Assembly (NCBI RefSeq): GCF_001447785.1
Contig: NW_015160231.1
Location: 62,001-126,000, forward strand
From: Gekko japonicus
Lineage: Eukaryota
DNA: 64,000 nt
Direction of reading: 5' to 3'
Shown: positions 50,920 to 64,000 of the stretch, one piece after another
How the letters are laid out: each line of letters begins with the position of its first letter
How positions within the stretch are numbered: the stretch's first letter is position 1
Notes under the pieces: generated by a model
The model's database searches: none
What the model saw: the letters and a program-made list of their open reading frames with translations, nothing else
What the model was told of the DNA's origin: nothing
Translations under genes and position numbers: made by a program

Positions 50920-51480
50920 AACAAGCTTCCGGTTTGTAAGACATAGCTGCGCGTAGCCAAAATACTCGTCGAATTATGAACATAGTGCCCGAAAGAAAGA
51001 AATCAGGCAAAGGAGCCCAAGGATGGTAGGAGCAAAGTGGAGCGCCCAGGGATGATCCTCTCTGTAGCTTCTGAATTAGACCCACTGCATTAGACCCGGG
51101 AGGGGGGGGGGGAGTCTCCAGCCAGAATACAAAGCAGCTCCGAGGGGGAGCCGCTAAGAGGCTCGATCACTCACACGCCGCCTCTCGCCTTGGCGACAAA
51201 ACTGTCGCACAAAAGAGCAGGCTCCGTCTTGCGCCGGGCACGCCTGCGTACTCGGCGCCCGTGGAGACTCTTTGCGCGAGCGGTGTAAACTCTCTTCTGT
51301 CTCTCTCTTCGCCGGGGAGACGCTCCACGATTCGGTTCGCTCGCCCTCTTTTCCTTGCCTTCCACCATGAGGCCTCTGGGTCTCCGTGATGTGAGCAGGT
51401 GAGAATGTCCGCTGACAAGTCCAAATGATATTTTCAGGTGAGTAATGATCGCCTGCGACCCGGTCCCGGCCGCCTCACTT
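50920..51480 (+). promoter_or_regulatory. CpG-island promoter/first exon with TCT (5'TOP)-like tract and two splice donors
   Basis: CpG-dense, non-repetitive sequence ~51150-51480; ETS core CTTCCGG ~50926; 13-nt pyrimidine run CCCTCTTTTCCTT 51344-51356; donors CAG|GTGAGA (51399) and CAG|GTGAGT (51438). Confidence 0.6.
51425..51437 (+). CDS. TMEM108: Candidate alternative first coding segment of TMEM108 (M-I-F-S-G|)
   Basis: ATG ATA TTT TCA G|GTGAGT is a consensus donor in phase 1. Joining it to 58269 gives [22 protein letters not shown], a plausible signal peptide. Inference only, no transcript evidence. Confidence 0.45.
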
Positions 51481-54400
51481 TTCTAACCCCTTTTCGGTTA
51501 TTATAGGGGTATTTCTTCCCCACTGTCATTTTCAGAAGGGTCAGCTATCTGGACGGGCTTCCGTCACCTTGGAATTTGGCTTCCTTTCAGCACACCCTAG
51601 GGAGAATGAATGGGGAACCCGCTTCTGTGCTCGCTCTTCGGACTGATGCTCTCTTTGCAACCTCTATTCTGCCTTAGGGCAAGAGAATCTGAGCGGAATT
51701 TCTGAATGGGTGGGCTGGTTTGCGTGGAGCCCTTGGGTGGGAATGAATCTTCTTAGCAACAGCGGCCGGTGGCCTCCTACAAAGCTTTTGGTTGTCAGAG
51801 CCTTTAGGCTGCTTTGTCGCGCTCTTAATGTTGGCATACGGATGTAATAACCCTCTGGTCCTTTATTTGCGTGGATTTTGGACATAGTTTTGTACGACTT
51901 CTGGTAAAGGCAGATTTTGTGCTTGCTAGTGAGTGAGGGACTTTCTTTTACCGCCCCCTCCCCCCCAATACACCCCAGAATGCTTCTTTCTGGGAGGTCA
52001 GCTGGGCTTTATCGGATGTGCCTCCTGATCCTATGATTGTTTACTGAAGGGAATTGAGTTCAGTAGGGTTTTATCCCAAATAAGTGTGCATGGGGTTTCA
52101 GATTCTGAATCATGAAGCTTGGGTTCCTAACCTGATACCCATGAAACAGTAGCTAGATACGCTCACCCTCAGTCCCACACACATTTAAAAATGTTATGTG
52201 CATTGCAATAAAATATATGTTACTGTATGAATAACCTCTGGTTTAAGAGATTGTAAAGAGGAATAGCTTGCAAAGCAACCTGTTTTTGAATGCAATCAAA
52301 AGCAGAGTTGCACTGTTCTACACTCATTGATTTCAGTGGATTTAGGATGGAGTAATTCTGTTTAGGATTGCATAGTGTTGGTGTGTTCGCTGGCAAGGAA
52401 TTGATTCTCCATGAAAATGTTGATGTCTGTTATTTGCCCAGAATTCCATCTTTGTGCTTTACACGGGGCACTCTTGTGGTATGGAAAGGGGGAGGGAAAA
52501 TTCACAACATTGAGACTTTTGACATTTCAAAGACTGGTATTCCTCACTGTTCTTACTTTTGAGGAGGCAGAATGGAATTTCTTCACATCACTATTGTTTG
52601 TTTCTTTGAGAGAGACCCCACCCCCAAATTGGCATATAATGAATTACCACATCGCTTTTCCTCTGGTGAGGTAATAGGGTTTTTTTTCCTCCATGTGGTC
52701 TCATTCAAACAAAGGATTCCATGTGAATATAAAGGGGTGATTGCTGTGTGGACCTGAGCACCTTAAAAAAATAAGCACGTAAATGGTCCTAGTATGACCG
52801 GTCAATGGCATTTCCCCAAGGACTAAAGTCTGTCACATTCTGATCGCTAAACCCTTTCAAATGAAAGGGTGTGTGTGTGGTATCAGATAAGAACTGGAGA
52901 CTTTCATTTTATGTAGGAGGTCCCTGTCAGTTTTGAACAGATCTTTTTCCCCCACAGAAATGTTACAGGCTCAAGCACACTCAGTTTCTCCTCTCCCTGT
53001 GTGCCATTAACATTTGCTTTTTGTCATCTAATGGGGCTCCTGACACTAGTTAGTTCCCCCCCCCCTCAGCGCAACTAGTCCAAGACAATGGTGGGTCTGA
53101 GCACAGAAGTCGGCTTCTGACTTCCCACAGCAGTAATGTTTTTCAAGCCCCACGGAGCAAGGAGACTGTGTTTGTTCTGCCAGTGTCTGAGATTGGGGGG
53201 GGGGGGGGAGATGGGACTCTGGGCTTTGGAGTGCCAGACTAAGCTCTTTGTGCTTAATTATTCACCATGACAAAATGGTAATATAAGCTGCAAAACTTTC
53301 CACGGGGTCTTGTTTGACTAGGGCCTCAGTCCAAACCTCCCAGAATTGGGGGAAAGGCACCTTTTCGTTCCATGAAATTTAGATCAGGCGCTTTGAGATT
53401 CTGCCTAAAGTTCTCTGTAGGGCAAGCCAGCGTTATGCATTGAGCAGAAGGGTTCATAGCCTATCATGTAACCCATCCTAAAAACACACACACACCCCTT
53501 TACTGCATAGGAGTTCCAATCCTGCCAGGGTTGTTTTGTAAGTTTCTTTATGTCCCAACAAACCTATGGTCGGTGTTTTTGTATCAGTACAGCTGTCACT
53601 TGGGCCATTGAGTGTTAATGTGCACAGATGTGTTCTGGCATGTAAAACATTGTACTGGCACATCAAATATCATGTCCTACTCTAGGAAGGGTGTTTCATT
53701 AATTATACATACAGCCAGCGTCACCTCTGAATTGGAACTGGGGGGCCTATCTAGACATGAGGACAGAAGCCACATTTGTGGCTTATGTCTCTGCCCCCAT
53801 TCATACACGGGGCACTGAGGGAACGGAACCCTCTTCCCACACTTTCCTCCTGCCCAGCACTCTTCTGCCCTCAGCTCAGCTCCCAATACACATATGAGGG
53901 CTGTGAAGGAAGCGCCTGAGGTAAAGGGCCACAGGGGACTAAGGTGTGAGAAATCCAGGTGGCAGTGTGCGATTCCCAACCTTCCTTCTTGTCTTGGCAC
54001 CATGTCCAAAATGAGGGGGAAATGTCATTGGCTGACAAGGTCATCAGTCACATCCAAGAAATGATAACCATGGAAGTTTTCTCCTCCCCAGTCCCCGCTG
54101 TAGTTGCACTCCCTAGAAGTAATTGTCGGGATTCCTGCCTCTTGCTGTTACCTCAGCAGCCTGCCTTCTAGGCTAGGAGCTCCTACATCTCCAAGGCAGT
54201 TCAAGAGTTTTTGGAAGTTTGAATTTAGGAGGGATAAGATCATAAGAAGTAAATGCACTGGACGAACAGGGTAATTGGTTATTCCAGATTCGAAGTTCCC
54301 CTGTGTTGTTTTCTGTACTGGGCCAAAATCGCCTTGTCCCTGAATAGCATTAAGTCTAAAGCTTCTGTGAGATAAGGTTGGACAGCTGCCATGGTTAGCC

Positions 54401-56332
54401 CTTCTGACTGCGGAGGAGCTGCTGTATTGTATTAAACCAACGATCTGAAGAGAGATGTGTCCTAAAAGGACCTTGCAATGGAAAGCCAGATAGCTGGGCA
54501 GAAAGCGGCTACAAGCATTCAGCGTTCGCAGTTGCACACGGACACCACATTGTGGGGTGGCCCACTGAGGCCAAGCAGTCAGATTTTGCATAAGAGTTTG
54601 CGAGGACTTCTTTCTCTCTCTCTCTGAAGTCTCAGTGAGGACTGTAATTAGAAATGTAATTTTTGGTATGCGTGGATTCGGAGCTAGGAAAACTTCCATT
54701 TGGAGGAGGTTTGGCAGATGTGTTTTGCTTTCATGCTTCGATTGTGACCGATTGCCACACTGGGAAGGAATTTTCCCTCTAGCTTTGCCATATGGTCCGT
54801 CCCCCTTTTGCTTTCCACTGTCATGCATGACACATCTCATTTACCGGAGCCATCTGGATATGCTTTAAGTAAAGGTATGCCTTGCCCTATATTTACCTCC
54901 AGCTTCTCTTCTCCGTCTGTTGGATGCTGGAATGTGGAGCAGAGGATTCTGAATTCCCAGGGACTCCTCTTTTCCACGTAGTGGTCCAGGCACCAGCCCA
55001 TACACTTTTCTGCCCTCCCTGTTAAGTGATCAGGTTCCATAATAACACTGGCGCCACCTAGCAGTAAGTGTTTCACAGTTACTGAGCCCGTGTACGTAGG
55101 TATAGCTAAGCTGTTAATTACAAAATCCAAAAGAGAGATGTGACATTCAGGTGCAGGATGTCTGTTTCTTACAAAGTGCAGATCTTGTTTTTTCCCCTTT
55201 AGCAATGCTTTAACAGACTTGGATTAAACCTTGGTGGGCTCACCAGACGCCAGATGAAGTTGTTTTAGGGCTGATTCCAGTCTCCAGGGCATCAGTTGGC
55301 CGTCCTTGGTTTGCATAATACAACCTGATATTTTGGGTTATACAAGGCTCGTTTTGCCCCAGTTCCATTATGACCACCAAAATCCAGGTTTTTAAGAAAT
55401 GGAGTTCTGAAAGGGTATTTACATTCTAGTTAGATTACCAGTAGGATCAGGACAAGCTTCTCTACAGCTATGAGGACTATAAATCTATTGAATTTTTAAA
55501 ATAAATTTAGAATCCCTATATGCCATTTTCTGCGCTGGATATCAGAGTCTTTGTTTACACGTTAACATATGGACACATGGGATGTACTCACAGCTGATGT
55601 GCAAGTAATCCTGCCTCAGTGCAGGACAGAAGGCTGTCTGTGTTGCTTTCACCCCTTTCCCAAGCCAGCATTTCTGTGCCTTTTTAAAATTCCCAGTTCT
55701 TAACATTTGTGTACTTTCCAGGCAATTATTCAGATTATAACAGGATGACAGAAGGGAAAGTTTGCCTCCTACTAGAATTGGCTGTCTTATTCTTGTGCTC
55801 CATCTTGGGCCATGATTTGTAAATATTCTAGTGACCAGTGTTGGTGTTTTGAGTTGAATCTGTGACCAATTAACAATGTTAAATGTTGACCAAGAAGTGA
55901 TTAGAGGTAGGCATGAATTTTGAGGCCCAACATTGTGAAGGTGAAATAACCTAGCAGTGCTCAATGGCTGTCTCTTCCTGCACTCTACACCAACAAGGTG
56001 GTAATTTGTGGAGTATGAAGAACAAGATGACCGTTTCATGCAATGACGATCACTCTGTTTATGGGCTGAGGTCAGAGACTGCAAAACGGCCTATAAAAAT
56101 ACCAAATACCTTTTTTTAAAACGAAAGAATAATGTCAGAGTGATTCATGATCTCATTCTGGTCTGATGATCCAGCAAAGAATGTGACCAGCATCTCACTT
56201 CCAGCTGGGCCCTCCAGATGTTTCTGAGAAGCTCACCAACTGGGCATGACAACAATCAGCCCCATTGCTTTCATGAGTCATTCTCCACAAATGTGTCGAA
56301 TCCTTTTTTAGACCCAGCTTAGCCAGTGACCA

Positions 56333-56530
56333 GCCTGACCTGGATGTCAGATCTCAGAAGCTAAACTGGGATTGGCCCTGGTTAGTACTTGGATGGGGAG
56401 ACCACCGAGGAAGTTGAGGGTTGATATGCAGAGGCAGGAAATAGCAAACCACCTCTGTTTGTCTCTTTCCTTGAAAACTCTATGAGGGTCACCATAAATT
56501 GGCTGCAACTTGACAGTACTTTCCATCACA
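56333..56530 (+). mobile_element. 5S rRNA-derived SINE
   Basis: GTCAGATCTCAGAAGCTAA...GGCCCTGGTTAGTACTTGGATGGG.AGACC. Confidence 0.85.
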
Positions 56531-56555
56531 AACCTAGTAACCACTGACCACATCT

Positions 56556-56796
56556 CTCCATTTTTATTTTTGCATTTTGTGTGTGTGCGCATCCATGCCT
56601 GGAAGTCATGGTGACCTCTGGCAACTCCTACTGGGGCACAGAGGATGTTCAGAGAAGTGGCTTGATAGCCTGAATTACCTCCCGGCCTTGGTATTCCTTG
56701 GAGGACTCCCATCCAAATACTTGCCAGGGTCAGCCCTGCTTAGCTTCTGAGATCTGATGAGATTGGGCCTGCCTAGGCTATCCAGATTCAGGGACT
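56556..56796 (-). mobile_element. 5S rRNA-derived SINE with 13-bp TSD
   Basis: Reverse-complement 5S head; TSD ACTGACCACATCT (56543-56555, 56797-56809). Confidence 0.85.
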
Positions 56797-56989
56797 ACTG
56801 ACCACATCTTGTAGTACACGATTTCTTTTCACAGTGCTTAATTATCTGTTAATAAGTTACTAAGAAAGTGATGCCCTTTGGCTAGTAATAAACTAAACTG
56901 AAGCTTAATTATCTCCTTTTGTTTGTTAATATTGTAAGAGAGGGAAGTGTGGAGGACAGGGGAGAGATTTTTCTCTCACCTGTCATCAC

Positions 56990-57315
56990 GCTGTAGAAAA
57001 AAGCAAGAGTCCAGTAGCACCCTAAAGACTAGGAAAATTTGTGGCAGGGTATGAGCTTTTGTGAGTCACTGCTCACTTCTGCAGATACCCATTCTGTATG
57101 TGGTGCCTTCCATGGAAATCAATCAATATGGGTAGCTGTGTTAGTCTGTCTGTAGCAACAGAAAAGAGCAAGAGTCCAGTTCCAAACAGTCCACTTCTGA
57201 AGAAGTGAGCAGTGACTCATGAAAGCTCCTACCCTGCCACAAATTTTGTTAGTCTTGAAGGTGCTACTGGACTCCTGCTCTTTTCTATTGCTACAGAGAC
57301 TGATATGGCTACCCG
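56990..57315. mobile_element. Penelope-like terminal fragments in inverted arrangement, with hammerhead ribozyme relics
   Basis: CTGAAGA-A-GTGAG-cagtga-CTCAT-GAAAGCTC at 57197-57228 (+) and GGGTAT-CTGCAGA-A-GTGAG..CTCAC-AAAAGCTC-ATACCC at 57047-57090 (-); GGGTAGC...GCTACCC fold-back. Confidence 0.75.
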
Positions 57316-57540
57316 TCTTCATCCGTCATCGCAATGTTTCTGATTTTCTCTTTTGTCTAGCGTTCTATTCAGTGAATTCTGATGTATTATTTGTCCTTAA
57401 AAAGGGCAGTCTGCTATCAATGTGCGTCACAGAGCTAGAGAAGGGTGCCGCTATTCCCTGCTGTACTTTCTCCCCAATTATAAACTCTTCCAGGCTGCTT
57501 TAGACCTTGGAGGGGGGGAGGTAGGTACTCATATTGTGAC

Positions 57541-57746
57541 CAGTGTTCCCTCTAAGCTGAGTTAGTGTGAGCCAGCTCACAGTTCTTTAGCCTCCGGCTC
57601 ACACATTTTTCTCTTAGCTCAGGAAGGATGGCCCCAGAGCAAACTAATTAATGCAGGAGCCAAATCGCTCGCTCACAACTTTAATGCCAGTAGCTCACAA
57701 AGTAGAATTTTTGCTCACAAGACTCCACAGCTTAGAGGGAACATTG
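57541..57746 (+). mobile_element. hAT MITE (CAGTGTTCCCTCTAAG family)
   Basis: TIRs plus perfect 8-bp TSD ATTGTGAC. Confidence 0.93.
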
Positions 57747-58195
57747 ATTGTGACTGGTCTTCCTTCCCCCCTCCCCCTCCCTTGGGCATGAAGAGTCCAA
57801 GGGAGCCATCTTCTATCAGGGAAATGAGATGGGGGAAGGAAGCCAACCCTTCATTCTGTACCACTGCAGCCTGATCCATGTGTTCTGTCATCGCAGGTGT
57901 TCAGGACCATGCAATACACCTGGAGTTCTGGTCTCAGAATTCCTGTTTCATAAAAGCAGTTTTCCTAAATTAAGAACAGGTGATCTTTAGCCTTTCTGCA
58001 AACCACTGAACATGCCTAGTTGCCCCCTTTCCCACTATACAGTGTCTCTGATAGGAGTGACCACAGCTGTGCACAGTACGCTCAGCGTCTGTGCATGAAA
58101 GATTCATTTAATGGTCTCTTAACAATGGTCTCCAGATAAAATGTTGGAATTACTATTGCACAAGCATACATAAAAGGTCAGGCTTTGCATCTTGA

Positions 58196-59431
<1,236 letters not shown>

Positions 59432-61299
59432 TAGTTTGGATATACATTATGCGGGGATCAGAATGGGGCATTGGGCTCCTGAAAACATGATGCTGAGAGC
59501 TTAATACGGGGGTTTTTTTGTCAATGCTCTTTTCTCTAGCCCTGGTAACACTTGTTTAAGGGGATTTCCTCATTGTGTTTGCAGTTATTGGTATTGTTTA
59601 TGGGTGGCTGCCCATATGACCTCATGAGTTGGATCCGGTGAACTGTTTTCAGAGTTGTGGCTCTGGAATGGGACTGTCTTGCCTCCCCTCTCTCTCTGCA
59701 AGCTGTTTCACCCTCCAGATAGCCAGTCCTGAGGGTTGGGGGACCTCAGGAGCAGTGTGGGATATGGCAGAAGTGACAGTTGTACCTGGAGATAGGATTC
59801 AGCCGAAGTCACTCGCACGCATACCCCTTGTCACACGTTGAATTTGTCCTGCTTTTTGTACTGCAAGCAACTGGTTACTTTTTCCTGATGATTCTGCAGA
59901 CACTATCAGGTGTAGTTAATTTTCTCTACTACTTATGGAAATTACTTCATTGAAGTTCATTACTGCCAGTGGTAGTCCACCAGGGGAGATTAAAGGATTT
60001 GGTGGTAGAGATACTTGGAGCATTGAAATTTCAACTCTCCCGCACTAACATTAGCATACTGTGCCATTCTCAGAGACGCCACTGGAATTTCTAAATCCAC
60101 AGGCGATGCACCTCCTCTAGGAGAGCAGCAATCAGATATGTCAAGCTGTAACGTTATAGTGTGTGATCAGGAAAAAAATGGGGCACCAAATGGATTATGC
60201 TTGGTCTGCAGATCTGATAACGATTTCTTTTCTTTTTTCCCCTTTTTTGCGAAGGAGTGTAATGCTATCATGGGAGGTAGGCAGGATGGTCAATAAAGAA
60301 AGCTTTTAGGATTGAAATCCTGGTCTGACCATTTCGAAACAACGGTCCATAACACAAACATAGATGGCGAGTATGTCCAAAAAAGTTGCAAAAGCTGTAT
60401 TGAGCGAAAGTTTACCCATATTAAGTAAAACAATTAAATACAAATTGGGCCAGCCTGCTTTCCAGTCTGCCATCCCAGAAGGAACCACCAGTCCCATCCA
60501 CCTTATCAATAATAATAAATGACTTTGGACCAACCATCATGCTTCCATATGAAACTGAGCATTAATGTTCATATACAGAACTGTTCATATACAGAAGAAA
60601 TATGGCAGCATTCCCAGGCCATACAGAAATGCACAGAGGCTATGGAGAAGGGGGGGATAGGTAATTATTCAGAACAGTGTGAGAGAGAAAGGGCAAATTA
60701 TACCAAACATGACTGTTAGTCTGGGGGGGTATCTGAAAGAGCTCCTCTCAGAGAATATGAAAATACACTTCTTAAGCCTCTCTGTGGTGAAATATGAGGT
60801 ATACAGGGAGTTAAATGAAATTAGGGGCCAGTTCTTGTCACATGCTTACAGCTCACTGGATCCTATGCTGCTATAAGAGGTTAAAGATGGGTCTCAGGTC
60901 TGGAAACTTTTTAAGACCACTGTTGTAGATGATCCCCCAAATCATAACCTGCTGCAGTTATCATCTATTCATGTGATGGTCTAGAAACCACTGTGTGGAT
61001 TTAAGGTTAAATGTTTCCAAGCGTATATTTTCCAGGAGCTAACTTACAGATAACAGAATACTGTGTCTAAATCAGTTCATATTCTTACACAATTAACACA
61101 ACTTGATGGAACATCTCTGTTGTACTCTGAGAATTCACATGACCATCCTCCAGACCTGAATGTAGAAGAACATGATTACTTAAGCCAGAAGCAATAACTA
61201 AATAAAAGTGTTGACTGGTCAATATCAAAAGTCTGTAGTCTCCCACAAGAAATTGTTAATCTGCCTTTGTCATTCTGTGATTGACACAGCAGCCACATC

Positions 61300-61342
61300 T
61301 CTCCTCCTCCTCCTCCTCCTCTTCCTCTTCTTCTTCTTCTTC
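61300..61342. repeat. (TCC)n(TTC)n microsatellite
   Basis: Direct read. Confidence 0.9.
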
Positions 61343-62756
61343 TGGAATTATTAGTGATAGGAAGCTGCAAACAGGTGGTGGTCTGGGTGGAAAGTGGCTT
61401 TTCAGCTCACTTCCCAGTCAGCAGGCAGCTTTGCTAGATCATAAACCCAATACCAAAAGTTGAATGGGGGTCAAGAAGAGTGACTCTAGAGTGGGGTTCA
61501 TCTGAGTAATTACATGTAGACAACGAAAAGGGTTTAAGTTCTGTGTTGAGGAGCCAGCCAACAGATGAAAAGGCCAGACATCCTAGATTGAAGCTCTGGT
61601 GGGAGATGGAAGAGTTTTTCCTCAGAGTGTTGTAGGTGGTTTGATAGAAATCGTTGTCTGGGGGAAGTGTAGACTCGTCTCATTACTGTGCTTGGCTAGG
61701 ATACAAAGCACCATGAAACAAATTCTGTGGTAAAGTTTCCAGCTAACCTGAAAAAAACTCTACTTGATGGGGAGATTTTGCTTTCATGCCCATAGTCAGA
61801 AAATTAAGAGCCAAAGCAAGAATTGCCAGCAACCTGGAGAAGAAAATGCCCCTTCAGCAGTGGCTTCATGCGTGGAAACGGGCAGTTAGAGCTTTCCTTG
61901 GCACGTAACATCCCTTAGTAAATACCATCCCATTAAGCCTTTGTTAAAGGGGCAAGGCATTTCCTCCCGTCTGCCATTTTCTTTAGCTGATGTGAATAAA
62001 CCACTTTTGAACATACGAAGCTTCCACACAATGAGTTCGACTTATTGATTTAAATCATTTGTATCCCAACTTCTCTCCTTCGATTCAGGTGGTTAACAAC
62101 AGAACAAGTTTCAAGGACGCAGACCGAACATAACAGTCCATTAGCAAGATAAAAATAGCACACAGATTAAAGGTGCAGATCATTGGTTCAGCTAGCCCAG
62201 CAGTGTCTATTCTGACTGGCACAAACTCAGGCTGAGAAAACCCATCCTCAGTGCCTCCCACCCGAGATCTTTTGACAGGAGATGCTGGGAGGGGACCTGA
62301 AATATTCCGCAGGCAAAGTATGTGCTCTACTACTGAGCTATTGCCCCTCCATTTTTTGCTTTTTCTGCCCCCTCACCCTTCCAAACTCTGCATGTCTCCA
62401 TCTCTAGACCTGCTAATACCATCGTGCCAGCAGAAATCTACTGCTCCTTGGTTCTGCCTCTGGATTTTCTTCCCCCTTGACCTGTCCAGAAAGCAGGATT
62501 TTTGATTTCAAGAGTTATAACCCTGCAAGAGGATTTTTTTTTTTGTTACCAGCAGCCTTTAGTGTGTCATAATACATGGCTTCTGGGAAAAAAATTTTTT
62601 TGGGGGGAGACAGCAGTTTGTCACATGACACATGGGTCAGGTGTTCAAAGATGCAACAAGGCAAGCATGCCACGGGGGTAGCATACAAGCCTTTTGTGTA
62701 AGTCCAAGATGCTTCCTGTGGATCCAGCTTCTCTCCATAGGTTTTGCAGAGTTTCT

Positions 62757-63160
62757 TTTTATTATTATTTATAAAAATCTGCCCCCCAAGGGTAGAATTT
62801 TATTTGTTTTTTCATAACAAACAAACCAAACATACACACATATAACACAAACGGGGGTATCAAATGCTTAAGTTTCCAATAATTGCCTCTTAGATATTCT
62901 CTATCTAATACAATATCACGTATCATTATTTTCTATGAGCTCACATTTTTGTATCTTAAAACCAACATCTGTAGTACCTGCTATCTCTGTGTTCTATCCT
63001 ATACTTTGCTCTAGGGATTACATTTTTAGGTTATAATCATTTGCGCTATTATACCAATTATAGAAGCGCCTCCATGTGTTCTGGAATATATAGTTTGTGG
63101 ATCCGCCTATCAACAAAGTCAATTTATCACTTTCCGCTGTTTCCATCAGCTTTTGTATAG
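62757..63160 (-). mobile_element. 5'-truncated L1/Tx1-clade LINE
   Basis: Minus strand IQKLMETAESDKLTLLI...FQNTWRRFYNWY, A-rich tail, 17-bp TSD GGTTTTGCAGAGTTTCT (62740-62756, 63161-63177). Confidence 0.8.
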
Positions 63161-64000
63161 GGTTTTGCAGAGTTTCTGTAGTGCTTCAAAGCCCTCAAAA
63201 CCTGCAACACTTTCTTACTACAAATAGTAGGCCGAATGAGGGAATGAGTATACTGTAGGTAGCAATGAGTCCATTGTAATGTCTCCAGCTTCCTTAGATG
63301 CTCTTTGGTGTCTGCAGCCTATAAAAAACATTCTTGTACGTGAGCAGGGGGGGAAGAAGAGGGGGTATTTTGTTGTGATCCATGTTTGTCAAGTCAGCAA
63401 TTGAATTGCTGTGTTTACTTTCAGTCCCCCCCAAAAGCTCAGGTGGCCTTTTCCTCACAAGCTGCACCTTTCCTTCCCACTCTTTCTTCAGAACTGAAGG
63501 CTGTACAAGACAGGTGGCTTGCCTGGTATTTTGCCAGGATAATAATATAATGATGATAATCACACCCTAATCATTCATTGGCTCCGCTTACCCTGCACTC
63601 CCCTCATCTCGGAAACTGAAAGGCAAGCATTACGGACTAGGCTTGATTTATTACAAGCATCTTCACTGACTCAACACTTTTCTTGTCATCATAATGTGAA
63701 ATAAATAACTGGCTTTTCCTTGACAGACAGATCGGTTGCCGCTCCTTGTCCCTGCTTCGCCACTCAGAAATACTTTGTTTTTCCTGAAAATTCATTCTCA
63801 CAGAAATGTGCAGTTTCATGTTTGGCAAAGCTGAACAGCTGGTACCATATGCACCTCAGTGGCAAAAATCACCTCACAGAAATGCAGAGTTGCAAGGAGA
63901 TTGCTGCCACCTTCAGGACAAAAACCAAACATGACCACAGTTCTAGCCTTACCTTTTGCTCCAGGTTTATCAGTGACCCTAATTTTTAGAATCAAATTGG

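Noticed and set aside
1-51000. Canonical TMEM108 first coding exon (MKRSLQ...)
   Set aside because: No ATGAAGAGAAG-like sequence with the right reading and donor was seen by eye; it is probably upstream of the window or in a gap.
53625-53665. miRNA-like hairpin (GATGTG...CACATC)
   Set aside because: The stem is short and imperfect, and matches no miRNA I know.
56014-56070. C/D snoRNA-like boxes (ATGAAGA...ATGACGA...CTGA); also 51606-51650
   Set aside because: Non-canonical C boxes, weak or absent terminal stems and no rRNA/snRNA guide that I can recognise; an Rfam scan would settle it.
54148-56084. Minus-strand ORFs of 230, 122 and 180 aa
   Set aside because: No recognisable homology or protein-like composition, and no convincing splice structure.

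Overview
Repeat-rich vertebrate genomic DNA from a squamate, most likely a gecko (Sauria SINE, Squam3-type SINE, 5S-derived SINE, CR1/L2/RTE/L1 fragments, many hAT MITEs). It comes from a draft assembly with 3 N-gaps and several probable false duplications. The only secure host coding sequence is the large extracellular/TM exon of TMEM108 (retrolinkin), + strand, 58269-59390, phase 1 at both ends. Neither the canonical upstream coding exon (MKRSLQ...) nor the downstream exons were found, so most of the window is probably TMEM108 intron or upstream DNA. Best leads: (1) a CpG island about 7 kb upstream with a TCT/5'TOP-like pyrimidine tract, two uORFs and a consensus donor that would splice in frame to give a new signal peptide [15 protein letters not shown]; (2) a second promoter-like CpG island between two ~880 bp near-identical repeats, possibly a misassembly; (3) a Penelope-like element whose GIY-YIG frame is restored by removing an 87 bp Tc1/mariner MITE, plus Penelope-type hammerhead ribozyme relics; (4) MITE families carrying ETS-CRE, octamer and CCAAT motifs; (5) solo LTRs, one with a protein-like ORF and two in convergent orientation. 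No prokaryotic features and no CRISPR array. No previously undescribed system can be established from the sequence alone; family names come from recalled consensus sequences and all identities were judged by eye.
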